DNA of 54,473 bases, counting the filler, from Jimgerdemannia flammicorona (Eukaryota), in assembly GCA_003990765.1 (NCBI GenBank). It is 3 parts of 3 records of this genome, joined end to end, with 100 filler letters (N's around TTAATTAATTAA, not from the genome) between each part and the next. Parts side by side here need not be neighbours in the genome. Positions count along the whole stretch, not along the records: positions 36,384 to 54,473 come from RBNJ01002310.1; 2 more parts are not named here. One strand, given 5' to 3'. The position numbers were made by a program, and so were the translations under genes. Below the pieces are notes generated by a model. That model worked only from the letters and a program-made list of their open reading frames with translations, was not told where the DNA came from and searched no databases. Each line of letters begins with the position of its first letter. Position 1 is the first letter of the stretch. This document shows, in pieces, positions 37,223 through 48,328 of the stretch.

Positions 37223-38095
37223 TGTAACATGCCTGGCTCAATGGAGGCAGATTACAAGGTTGGGGTAGCTATGTAGATTGGCTTGAGCCCCCAGTTACTT
37301 TGTCAAAAGCAACAAAATGTTCAGTGGTTTCTCTCAAAAATAGGTGCAAGTTCTCTGGTTCACATAGTGTGGATGATTTCAGCGATTTCCTAATTAGATG
37401 TGGATTCGGATTTCTCAAGGTGGCGGATATCTTTAAAGTGAGTTCTTCAGGTTTAATCTGGTAAGTGAACAAAAATCAGCAGACTTCTTTGTATTGGAAA
37501 GTGGACCAGAGTGGAATTGGACAAAGCTCACAATCTCCTGAACAGTAGCTTTAGATTTCCTTTAGGATCAAGTAGCTCTTGGCAGATATAACTCTTGAAG
37601 TATATTAGGCAGACTTATCTTTTGCTTTTGAACTTTTCAGACTAAGATTTATTCACTCAAATCTCTGGGATATTTTATAAAAGTGTAATTGCTATTTGGT
37701 TGCTATCTGGGTAATTATGGAATGTACAGTAAGGCTAGGAAGATATTTTAGTTGGAATAGGCATTTTACTTGAGACAAGTGTTCCAGTTGGAACAGATGT
37801 TCCACTTGGAACAAGTGTTCCAGTTGGAACAGATATTCCACTTGAGACAAATGTTTCAGTTGGAATAGGTGTTCCACTTGGGATAAGTGTTCTAGTTGGA
37901 ACAGGTGTTCCACTTGGGACAAGTGTTCTAGTTGGAATAGGTGTTCCACTTGAGATGAAATCAACATACCTGATTTGGTACATCAGACTATTTATACAAT
38001 TTGTGGCACATGTGGATAACTATGTGGGGTAACTAAATTATATAAGTAGCAAGGCTCGTTTACACAGATAGGAGGCTACAGGACTCAAAGTTACG
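37223..38095. mobile_element. Solo LTR-like repeat, copy 2, containing a minisatellite
   Basis: TGTAAC...GTTAC termini; homology to 33844-34500; CpG-depleted. Confidence 0.72.
37745..37955. repeat. 18-bp minisatellite (two alternating units, 36-bp higher-order period)
   Basis: CAGTTGGAACAGRTGTTC / CACTTGRRACAAGTGTTC, about 11-12 units. Confidence 0.92.
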
Positions 38096-38381
38096 TGATA
38101 CAACAGCGAAAGGCCCAAACTGAAGTATATAAGTTTACATCTTTATAATAAAACAATGCAGCGGCCTTACAATGACCTGCATTGAGCAAAAGCCAGATCT
38201 GCAAGGATATTCCTGTGTCGTCGTAATGTCCTAATGAGATGCGCGAGACATTGAATTCCACAATTTTTACAAGAAAAAAAAGAACCGATATACATAGATA
38301 ACAAACGCCTATCATACACTCGAAACAAAACATAACATTGACAAACCACCTTCGGATACACGCAATTATCTAAACGCTATA

Positions 38382-39721
38382 TTACAGTGGCTTCCTACCA
38401 TACACATAGGGCGCTTTATGCCAGGTCTTGTACTCCTTATACGAATTTACCAGCTTCACCACCTGTTTGTCAAACTCTACTTTGGAAAGGCCCATGTCGG
38501 ACCCAATGATCGGTTGCATTGCCTGGTAGACCAAAACGCAATTCTGGCCGTGTAGCTCGCCGGTACGGCTTCCCCAGCCCAGTGGGCACGAGATATAGTC
38601 TTCTTCGATCTGTGTCAGGTTGTTGGCAACGAGGAGGTCCTTGAGTTGCCAGACGTAGTCGATGTCGATGCCTCTGGACCGCGTAAGCTTTTCGACTATA
38701 GTAGATTGCAGGAAGATCATAGATTTAGTGGGTCAAGGGTCGTGTCGGTCGGGTGATATCAAAGTTGGAGGATGGCAGGGCGATTTCACTCTCGGTAAAA
38801 GCCTGAGATTCCTTACGAAACGTACGATCCATTCGCTTAAAGCATTGCATTCTTGAAATAAGCAAGGAAATTTGATTTTGGATACCCACCACCATCCCAT
38901 ATGTCGATTTTTGGCGGAGGCCTTTCAAGCCTTATGTGGTGCTCAAATAGCTCCAGCCACCCGCCGGGCTTCGTCACCCTCACCAGCTCCTTCACCATGA
39001 CGACCCAATCCTCGCGGGTGTACGAAAACACCATGAAACGCTGGAAGACGTAGTCGAACGTCCCGTCCTGGAACGGCAGCTTCTTCAGTGCATTCGCCTT
39101 GACAAATGTGCAATTAGGGGGAAGGTTGTTGCTCGTAGGGAAAACGGAGGCGACGTCGACGCCTACGAAGGAGGACTTTGGGAATTCTGTCGCCATTTCG
39201 AGATCCCAAGAACTGTAAAGGTTGGTATTTGATTAGCAAAAAAAACCGTTCATAAATTCGAATGTTTGAAGAACCAGTTAATTACCCGGAGCCACACCCG
39301 ACGTCAAGGACCTTGATACCTTGGTCAAGGATATCATCTACCGGGGCATTGAAGTTTCCGTGTACGAGTTGGCTGGAAGAGTTCACGAAAAAGGATCAAA
39401 GAACGATATGAGCCAAAAGGAACCCCAAAATGTTACTTCGCGCAATAGCCTAATCGTGCTTAACGTACCGCATCACAAAATGCTGGAGATATAGCCTAGA
39501 GGTCTCATCGGCATCATTGGGCAAAAAATACGTTGCGCCATTGTTGAACCTTCGGTAGTTTCCTATCTTGTATCCTTCAATGCAAATATGCGTGAAAGTT
39601 TCAGCTAGCGGTATTAATGGAAGCACTCCTACTCAACACAAACCATACCTCGCGCTAATCCCCATAACGAACGCTGCTTCTTTTGGTTCTTGGACGATTG
39701 GAATCCACCTTTTTCTGTCAT
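38382..39721 (-). CDS. Class I SAM-dependent methyltransferase, LaeA-like; exons 39721 (or 39787)-39649, 39574-39469, 39372-39286, 39212-38890, 38695-38382
   Basis: YFLPNDADETSRLYLQH, GNFNAPV, VLDVGCGSGSW, LPFQDGTFDYVFQR, ELVRVTKPGGWLE, YGRKP. Canonical introns. Confidence 0.92.
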
Positions 39722-41257
39722 GAGTTCTATAGAGCAGTGGTTGTTTAAACAGGTATAAGAAAGAGTTGCGTTTCTGCTCGAGACCATTGTTCTATATCTA
39801 GGGGGCGGCCTCTGAATTTGTCGTTTTGGTAGGGCGACAGTTACACACATTAGCCCAAAATTGCCAACTGTACGACCAATTCCCCCCTGGGCTAGACAGT
39901 GATCGCTCAATGGTGGCGCTTTGTCCGGATTGGGGGGACGGGGCCTGACTCTCCTGGAAGACTGGAAAGGGGCGGGTTGTGTGGTGAGCGGTCGTCGTCC
40001 AAGGGGTGCGCATACTCACGAGCTTGGCTGCACAGGGCACATCAAATAAGGAAAAGGGGGGTAATATCCTGGATCTTTAAAGCGTTACACTAATATGTTC
40101 ATATTCATGTCTTGCAGGAGAGTGCAGGTGTGGCGTTCTAAAAATATTTCAGTACGGATCTGCGAACACTGACATTTTGACATTGGTGGAGCACAAACCT
40201 TCTCCCACCGCGCTCAAGCTTGACGCGACACCATAGAACAGTATAAGCATGTTTTATCAATCTCCCGCCAAAATGTTAGTCACAACATCACGTATTAGTC
40301 TCGCCGATTCCAAATTAACATTCAATCCCGGTGTCTGGCACTATATTACCCCCTGCGCTGGTTCCCTGTTCCAAGCCTTCACATCGTAATACACCTCCGA
40401 CCAGATGGCTGGGTAGTTGTAAGGGTAGTGAGTCTGGGGTTTATCGGGGCTGGGTACCAATGCAGTCTGAAGGATCGGCTGGGCACATGGATGCGATGGT
40501 CCGAAAACTATTAAAAAATGCGACGTGATGAAAAAACGGAACAAACCTATAATAATGTTATCAGGAATTCGTAGCTACGATGTCATATTATCTTTGGGGT
40601 TTGGAACGAGCAAAGAGAAAGTGACCAAAGACCAAATCCTCAAGTCTTTTTTTTTTTTTTTTGGACGTTTATTACGACAGGTCGACGAACGGGAGAAGGG
40701 GAGATAGTCTCCCAACGAGCATCGCATGCTTACCTGCTTGGCTTCCGGATTCTGGACAACCTTCCATTGACTGCAGGGATTACGGCCGAACGGGAGACGG
40801 ATGGTATTCTAAAAGGCCAAGTTGAGGCAGTTAGACTGTAAATGAATGGTCTATAGGCACAACTTTTATATCGTCTTGTCCTTGAGAGCTTAATCCCCAA
40901 ATCCAACATAGCGTCACAGGTCGACCTGAAATCTCATGCCAGCTTGAAGGCTGATGGACATCATTCTCGCTATTAGTAATAATAATAATAGCCTCCTTTG
41001 TATTTATTTATTTTATTTGCGGGGTTGAGGGCGCCATTGGGACCACGTTCGCGATACGTACGGGAGGGTTGTACCAGGACCGGTTGTGGGAGTCGCAGAT
41101 CGACAAATGGGGAAGCCCAGAAACATTTTAATTATGCTATATATTTACGTACAACACTATCTTTGAACGAAACCATGGCATTTAGCACCCACTCTTTACG
41201 TGTGCATATCCATACACATTTTCAGGAGAACACAAACACGGTATTCAAAGATCATGC

Positions 41258-43256
41258 TCATTTTCTCCAAGTGAACTGAATCTCACAAGGATCCGTGGCA
41301 TGAACCACCATGCTGGTGAAGTCGGATTCGGGAAAAATAGTGCCCTGCGGAAGTTCGAAATCGAAAAGCCGAACAAATATCGCGATAATGGTTTTGAGCT
41401 GCACGTAGGCGAATTGTTCGCCAATACAACGGTGGCGACCTTATGGCAGATTAGGAAACGAAAGATGGTTCGTTAAGATTTCGATGGTAGTAAAATCCGG
41501 AAGGGCAGAGAACGATAGGTGGATTCCTCAATCGTACCTGCACCAAAGGGAAGATAAGCGCTCCTTGCACTCGTCGTGACCGTGCCAAACCCATAGTCCG
41601 TCGTCGTATCCGCCCCCACCTCCGACTCCAACTCAGCCGACCCATCCTCTCCCCGCATCCACCGATAAGGGTCAAATCGCAACGCGTCCTTGAAGTACCT
41701 CTCGTCCAGATGGGACACCATTGGAGCGGCGCAGATGTGGTGGCCGACGGGGATGACGTAGCCGGTCTTGTCGAAGGCGACCGGTTGGAGGATCTTGCGC
41801 AGGACCTGGAAGGTAGGCGGGTGCAGACGGAGCGACTCGCGCACGATGTTGTCCAGTAGGGGCATGTCCTTGAGAGTATCCAGCGTAAGCGGTTCGAATA
41901 GTGAGCCGAGCACCTCTAGCTGTTCCTGGCGGAGAGCCTTGATAAGCTGCTGGTCTTGCGCGAGGTGAATGATGGCCCATGTGGAAGTAGTGGCGGAAGT
42001 GTGCTGGCCGCCAAAGAGGAGCGCGATCATGAGGTGCGCGATGTGGTGGTCGGGGAGGGGGGAGCCGTCCTTGTAGGTTTGCTCCATCAGCGTTTGAACA
42101 ACGTCTTGGTTCAAGTTGTCTTCGCTCTCCCGCCTTCTTTTGACAATGCCGGCAAAGAGGGCCGTGAGTTTGACTTGCGACGCGTCCCTCTTGCGATTCA
42201 CCTCAATCGGGAGGTTTGGGATCATGAAGTTGATTGGTGAGATACCTTGTTCGAGATGACGATACAGCACGGCGGTCTCCCCTTCGTTCAGTGCGGCCGA
42301 AACCTCTTTGCCCATAAGACACCGGGACGCCGTAATGATGATCATTTCGGCCATGCACTCTCCCAAGTTCAGACGACCGCCAGTCATTGGGAAGCGTTGG
42401 CAGTACTTCAGTACGTCTTCGACAATCATCGGTACGTACAGGCGAAAGCTTTCCGTGGTGAGGCCTGCCTTGACGAACCTGATTCGAGCAAGGATGATAA
42501 ATAAGACAAGTGATTCGGCTCAACGATATCGTACTCTACGTAAACGCAAATAAGCGGGACGTCATACTTCTTCTGCTCCATAAACGTTGTCACCGAGGCA
42601 TCGTAAACGACGTCCTTCCCAAACACGGGGGTTGTCAAGTGCTTGTAGGCTTCGGCCGCAGAGACGTTCTTCACGTTTCCGTTGAAGACAAAGTCGTGCC
42701 CATCTGGGCCCAGGCATACAGTGATGCGCTTGCCCAAAAGGATACAGGTGAAGACGTCGCCGTGCTGCAATAAATTGTCATTTACGTTTAGACTTTTATG
42801 ATTTCTGACACGAAAGCTTTTGGCGAAGCCAACCCACCTTCTTCTGACATTCTTGCAAGAAATTCACAGGATTGCTACAAGCAGAAAGGGTAATATAGAA
42901 GCCGAAAAAAGAAAAAGAAAAAAAGAAAAAAAGTAACTCAGGGGTGTCTCTTACATGCCGAAAGCGACCGCATTTCCAATAAATGGGATCCAGTGGAATA
43001 CCACGGGTGGTAGAGAGGTGTTTTTTCTTGGGAGCTATAATATCACAGTTTTGATAGTATCGAATTAATTTCAGGATAAAAAAAGCCGTGGATGTTAAAA
43101 ATGGATGATGGTTAATGGTGTACTTACGCATTGACTCAGAACATGAATGCCGATAACTACTCCAACGAGGAGGGCGACGGCAGCTGGAATTCTGACTAGT
43201 AACGGTAAGCTGCTAAGGCTGGCGCCGCAAATTCCTAAGGTTGTCGTTGAAGCCAT
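41258..43256 (-). CDS. ERG11: Sterol 14-alpha-demethylase CYP51; exons 43256-43128, 43034-42955, 42874-42838, 42764-42568, 42478-41538, 41439-41258
   Basis: N-terminal membrane anchor, [55 protein letters not shown] and heme motif [12 protein letters not shown]. Confidence 0.97.
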
Positions 43257-43666
43257 TTGGAATAAATTACAATACTTGGAATGCTTGTAACGATAGAAAA
43301 CTGGCTACTTTTTATACTGCCGACCGTAACACAACGCTCATGTGAAGTTTCCATGATGTGGATGCTGAAATTCCGTGTCGTTTGAAGTTTACACAGAATT
43401 GTGTTCAATATCGTGAGCGGTGTTATCACCGGATACCCGTAGTCCGAAAGTTTACTCCACCGATGACGTCACCAAACGGCGATATCTCCAAAATTGCCGG
43501 CCTAAGGTATTTCGGCCGACTGGCAGGGAGGATTTCGGCGTCATAGAAAGCATCTGAGTCCCGGTATTTCTTGTAGAAACTACCAGCGCTTCCTGTTATC
43601 GTTCAAGGTGTACGGGCCACGTGACTTTCCGTTTCTAACAACTCAAACTCATCGATCCCATCCATA
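43257..43666. promoter_or_regulatory. Short divergent (bidirectional) promoter between CYP51 and the glutamine amidotransferase
   Basis: 410 bp between opposed ATGs; TGACGTCA at 43464-43471; CACGTGAC at 43618-43625. Confidence 0.55.
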
Positions 43667-44632
43667 ATGTCATCCCCAACCACCCCGCGCGTCCTCCGCC
43701 TGGCTCTCCTCGTCGCCGGTAGCCCCCCCCCCGCTGTTGTGGCCAAATACGGCGATTACCCGTTCCTGTACAGGCGCATCCTCCGCAAGGGCCTGCAAGC
43801 GCACCACGAGGACGCGGCGCTCGAACTCTCGTTGCGCGATTACGACGTCGTTCACAGGCAGGAGTACCCGACGGACGCGGAGCTAATGGCGGGAGAAATC
43901 GACGGGATTGTCATCACCGGGTCGGCGGCGTCGGCGTACGAGGACAAGGAATGGGTCCGGAGACTCGTCGCTTTTACGAAGAGGGTGTACGAAGAGTTCC
44001 CCAGGGTGAAGATGCTGGGCATATGCTTTGGGCATCAGATTGTCGGGATGGCGGCTGGTGGGACTGTGGAGAAGAATGCGAAGGGTTGGGAGGTAAGGAG
44101 CTGATCATAAGAGCCGGAATTATCGCTTGAAGCTATACTTCTCCTCACTCCGTTCTCTCTTTGCCAGTTTGGCTTCACGGAAACAAAGTTAACGCCGATG
44201 GGTCAGAAAGTCTTTGGTACCGACAAAGAGTTTATTGTAAGTTAAGCTGCCCTTTCGATAAGATCACGGCCTTTATGTGTCCATCATACTCATCCCCTCT
44301 CCCTCCCATCTCACCAGAACATCCAAGAAGTGCACCAAGATCACGTTCCTTCCCTACCGCCAAACTTTCACCTCCTCGCGACGACTGCGCCACACACGCC
44401 CGTGCAGGCGACGCTCTCGGCGAACGGTCAGGTGCTAACGGTGCAGGGCCACCCCGAGTTCCCGGCCGGGTTCGTGGAGGAGTTGCTGCGAATCCGGATG
44501 GCCAAGGGGATCGTAACGGAGGAACTTTTTTCACAGTCGCTGCGCACCCTGTACAGGGAGGGTGTGGACGACGTATGGATTGCGGGGAAGATGATCGAGT
44601 TCTTGAGCGGCAGGTGGGATGGCAAGTTTTGA
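43667..44632 (+). CDS. Class I glutamine amidotransferase-like protein; introns 44093-44167 and 44237-44317
   Basis: YGDY, DGIVITGS, GICFGHQ (nucleophile Cys), GWE|FG, HQDHV and TVQGHPEF (His-x-Glu). Confidence 0.93.
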
Positions 44633-45751
44633 GATTGAGTGGCCGGGTGTAGTGGGTATATTGATGTTTCCAAGAAGCACAGCAGTGTCGATCGAAATAT
44701 ACAATAGACTTAAGTAGCCACCATGAACAAATTATCCAGCCTTCAATTAACGTCTCGCTGCTGATTTCTATGACTCAGAAGCTGCTCTTCTGCAGGTCGT
44801 ACTTGGAAAAGAAACAGAAAACATATCATTGGATAGTTTCTATTCCAAAATTCACACGTGAGAAATAATTAAACGAATAAACACAAGGTCCAGCAGCATT
44901 CCGCATGGTACTGAGTAGGAGACAAATCCGCCCTTGCATGTAACTTGTTATCCACGATCACAGTTTATCAAGCAGGAAAATGTTGAGACGGGCAAGTTCG
45001 TCTTCCATCGCCCGGGAAATATCACCTCTGCTGGGTGGGAGTTCGGACTGCAACCGTGCTGACAAATTTCCTGCTCATCCAATCTCACCGCCAACAACAA
45101 TGTCCTTGCTCCGCCCGCTCGTCTGCCCGCCCGTCTGCCCTTTTATCGCCGTCCATGCGGACCATGCCAATCACGGTAAGAAGGTTTTGGTAAGTTCACT
45201 TCTTCGAGTGGTCCTGGCTTCCTTCGTCGCTCAAGAGCTTTCGGCGTCGCAATCATGGCGCCATGCCAGTTTGTAAGACTTAATCTCGACCGATCTCGCA
45301 ACCACACAGATTACCTCCTCTGTTCTCTCTGCCGCCATTGTGAGTTCCCAGAATCGCTTTGGTGCCGTCTTTTTTTTTTTTTTTTTTTTTTTTTTTCTTT
45401 TTTTTTGCATCTTATTCGGTGTACTTCCCGGGTTCGCTCATATATACGATCGTCTGTTTTTCTTTCAGCTTTTCTCTCTGACGAGCCCTCCGAAAACGCC
45501 CAAGCACACAAATCATTAGGGCGATGTATCGCGTTTCCCGAACCACCCTCAATCAATTCATTTCATAGACATACGAGAAGCTCACTACGGTTTTTCCTAG
45601 TTCCCATTAATAGTGTGATGAGCGAACACTATAGTATAGCCAGATGACGTACAAAGAATACATAGCATAGTTAGTTTAGCATACGAGTATATCATTTCAA
45701 TGTGAAAATCTACAAATCCGCCTATTTTGCGTCTTCGTCTCAAACATTAGC

Positions 45752-46268
45752 AAATTGGCCCAACTTCACCCGCGTCGCTGCCGAATACATTTGTGAAGAA
45801 AACCCTCAACCATATACACCTCACGCCCAGGTGGTGCTTTTTTTTTTTTTTTTTTTTCCTCACATCACTTCTAATCTAATTGTCATCTTCCACACCTGAA
45901 ACCGCTTCCAACACCAACACACCCCCACCACCGATGCCATCTCACAGCGCCTTCTTGCTTTCCTTTTTGCTATTATTTCTCATAACGTTGACGACATCCA
46001 ATGGCACTCACTGGGCTACGACGATGGCTTCATCCGCGTCATGGCGGATCTCAACTTTCAGTGTGTATACAACTCCGCCCACGGCGATGCTGATACTGGC
46101 GGGGAGTTTGTACTACGCCACATGAGCCCGCTGCCCTATGAGGCGGAAACGTGGAGCGTCCCGTTTCAGGACTTGAGAGAGATCTACAAGCGATTCGGGC
46201 ATATGCTCGATCCTGTGTCGATGAAACATTGCGTTTGGAGGGGCTATCTGGGCAAGCAAGTTATCAAG
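45752..46268 (+). pseudogene. Fragment of GPI-specific phospholipase D (zinc-dependent PLPC N-terminal domain); intron 45831-45947
   Basis: NWPNFTRVAAEYICEENPQP|RLLAFLFAIISHNVDDIQWHSLGYDDGFIRVM..AHGDADTGGEF..WSVPFQDLREIY matches the GPLD1 pattern LVAFLFG..SH..DVSWHSLG..AH..GDFGG..WYVP. No convincing 5' exons or downstream FG-GAP repeats were found. Confidence 0.75.
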
Positions 46269-47381
46269 GTGGGTTACGTAGTGCGGTTACTGACGGCAAT
46301 TTCAAAACGGAGGAGATTGACTTTCTGTGCTCGAAGAGTTGGTTGTGAGCCGTGATTCTGACTTTGAAAACATGTTATGTTGTAGAAATTGTCCCAGTAC
46401 AGTTGGTTCCATTCCCAGTATGCCAAAGTGGTATGTTCCGGTGAACTGCCTAATATTTTATTGTTATTTGCAATCAGTGTAACCCCACCACTCCACAATG
46501 ACCCGGTCACCGACTGGCGCCGCACGCTAGTCGAAATTCTGCGTTTGATTTTGGCATCTGAAAGCATGTGAGAGTACTGCCCGTAGTCCCGCAGGGTGCA
46601 CTTCAAGTTCTTTGCCGAGCTGCAGGGAGATTTGAAGAGTGTAAGAATAATTGATGAAAACAGATCGGATGACTAATTATATCTTTCGAATCCCAGCCTC
46701 GTCACAACGCCATACACTAGAAGCAAGAAACCCAGCTCAGGATATGAATTGAACATCTCACACTCCGCCACCCATCCCTTCACTGCTAGTTTCTTGAACA
46801 GCTTCCCAAAACCTTTCATTGCCAATCGTACAAATCTAAGAGATATCGTAGGAAGATAGAAGAGTGGAGAAGGGATTAAAAAGAAAAAGAAAAATAAATA
46901 AATAACATACGATGGATTAGAACATGAGTATCCAAAACGCCCGTAGTCACATCCCAATATTAGCTATGACCCTCAGCTTATGACACAATGCTTGCCAGAG
47001 TAACCAATTCCGCTGGATTCTCACGCCACTCGACCTTGATATCCCTCCATCCTGATGGAGCCTGCATAATCGCGTATTCCGTCCATAATAAAATAATGCT
47101 AACTCCCTTGCTACAAATCAAATTGCAAAAAGAGCACCCACCTTCTGATCCTCATGCCTCATGATTACTCCACACGTTCCCCTTCCTCGCCACATGCTCC
47201 ATACATTTCCCTCAGGCTCGCTGTTCCCGTCCCCGCATTTTTTCCACTTCTGCCTAAATTACCAGCATTTTATTGCAACTATATATCAAACTAATTGTAT
47301 ATTTATATCCTTAAAATGTCACCAAGCTTAAGCACGAGCATGTAATTAGGCGATGGAAAGCAAGCTGATGTATTATATCGA

Positions 47382-48328
47382 TTAGCGCTTCTGTTTTAAG
47401 ATTTTCTGAGGACGCGTCTTGACCTTGTTGACAGTGATCTTTGTCAGACCATTTGCAACTTCAGTCCCAATAGAACATTCCAAATCTATCCTAAAGTGTA
47501 TATGTATATATAGCTTGTTAACATTTGTGAACCAATAATTTGTAATATTTTACTTAATTTTATAAATTTAATTTTACTTCATCGGAAGTAACACACGACG
47601 TTCAACTCTATCTGGCATATTGTCTATAACCACTGTGCCAGAGATATTCTGGAACATACCCATCACGTCACCAGAGATAATGAGATTGTCATCGTCACCA
47701 TCAACGGCAATCTCGACATGATCCTCGTAAATCACTCCCGGGGTAGACACCACAATGGTGTATGTATCACTATGATAAAAGAATAAAATGTGTTACTTAA
47801 TATATAGACACAGCAAATATAATATACATAATTATTTCCACAAACTCTATACAAACCCAGTTTCAAAAATTATACAGCCATCTTTGCTTCAGGCGGGTAC
47901 TCCTTCTTGCGCTTGAAGGATGTTGGACCTTGCCCTGCCCGTTGAGCTGCGTGACCTATTTCTTGGGCTATGCGTGCATCCGCCTGTTGACCTGTGCCTG
48001 CTTGACTTGTATCTTGGGCTGTAGCTGCATCCACCTGTCGATCTGCGCCTGCCCGTTGGGTTGTGCCTGCATCCGCCTGTCGATCTGCGCCTGCCCGTTG
48101 GGCTGTGCCCGCATCCGCCTGTTGGCCTGCACCTGCGTAACCTATTTCTTGGGCTGTACCTGCATCCGCCTGTCGATCTGCACCTACCCGTTGGGCTGTG
48201 CCTGCATCCGCCTGTCGGCCTGCACCTGCGTAACCTGTTTCTTGGACCGTGCCTGCATCTGCCTGTTGACCTACGCCTGGCCGTTGAGCTGCGTGATCTG
48301 TTTTTTGGGCTGTGCCTGCAGTGTCCAT
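47382..48328 (-). pseudogene. Gene remnant: Ala/Gln/Gly tandem repeat fused to an HSP20/alpha-crystallin-like domain; 5' end cut by a LINE; exons 48328-47857, 47769-47578, 47490-47382
   Basis: IFETG|DTYTIVVSTPGV..VEIAVD..LIISG..ERRVLLPMK|IDL..VANGLTKITVNK. A 1-nt frameshift near 47870 separates the repeat from this domain. Confidence 0.6.
47930..48320 (-). repeat. Coding tandem repeat of ~39-57-nt units (QADAGTAQRAGADR-like)
   Basis: Repeated GTGCCTGCATCCGCCTGTCGATCTGCGCCTGCCCGTTGGGCT. Confidence 0.9.

Noticed and set aside
37692..37983. Repeat-protein ORFs (QVEHLFQLEHLS / PSGTPVPT) or a CRISPR-like array
   Set aside because: Translations of a minisatellite inside an LTR; there are no unique spacers and no cas genes.
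33844..38095. Two related LTR-like repeats as the ends of one full-length element
   Set aside because: An assembly gap and ordinary-composition DNA lie between them, their mutation loads differ, and no pol is recognisable.
38382..44632. Methyltransferase + CYP51 + amidotransferase as a biosynthetic cluster
   Set aside because: No backbone enzyme is present and CYP51 looks like the housekeeping type; proximity alone is insufficient.
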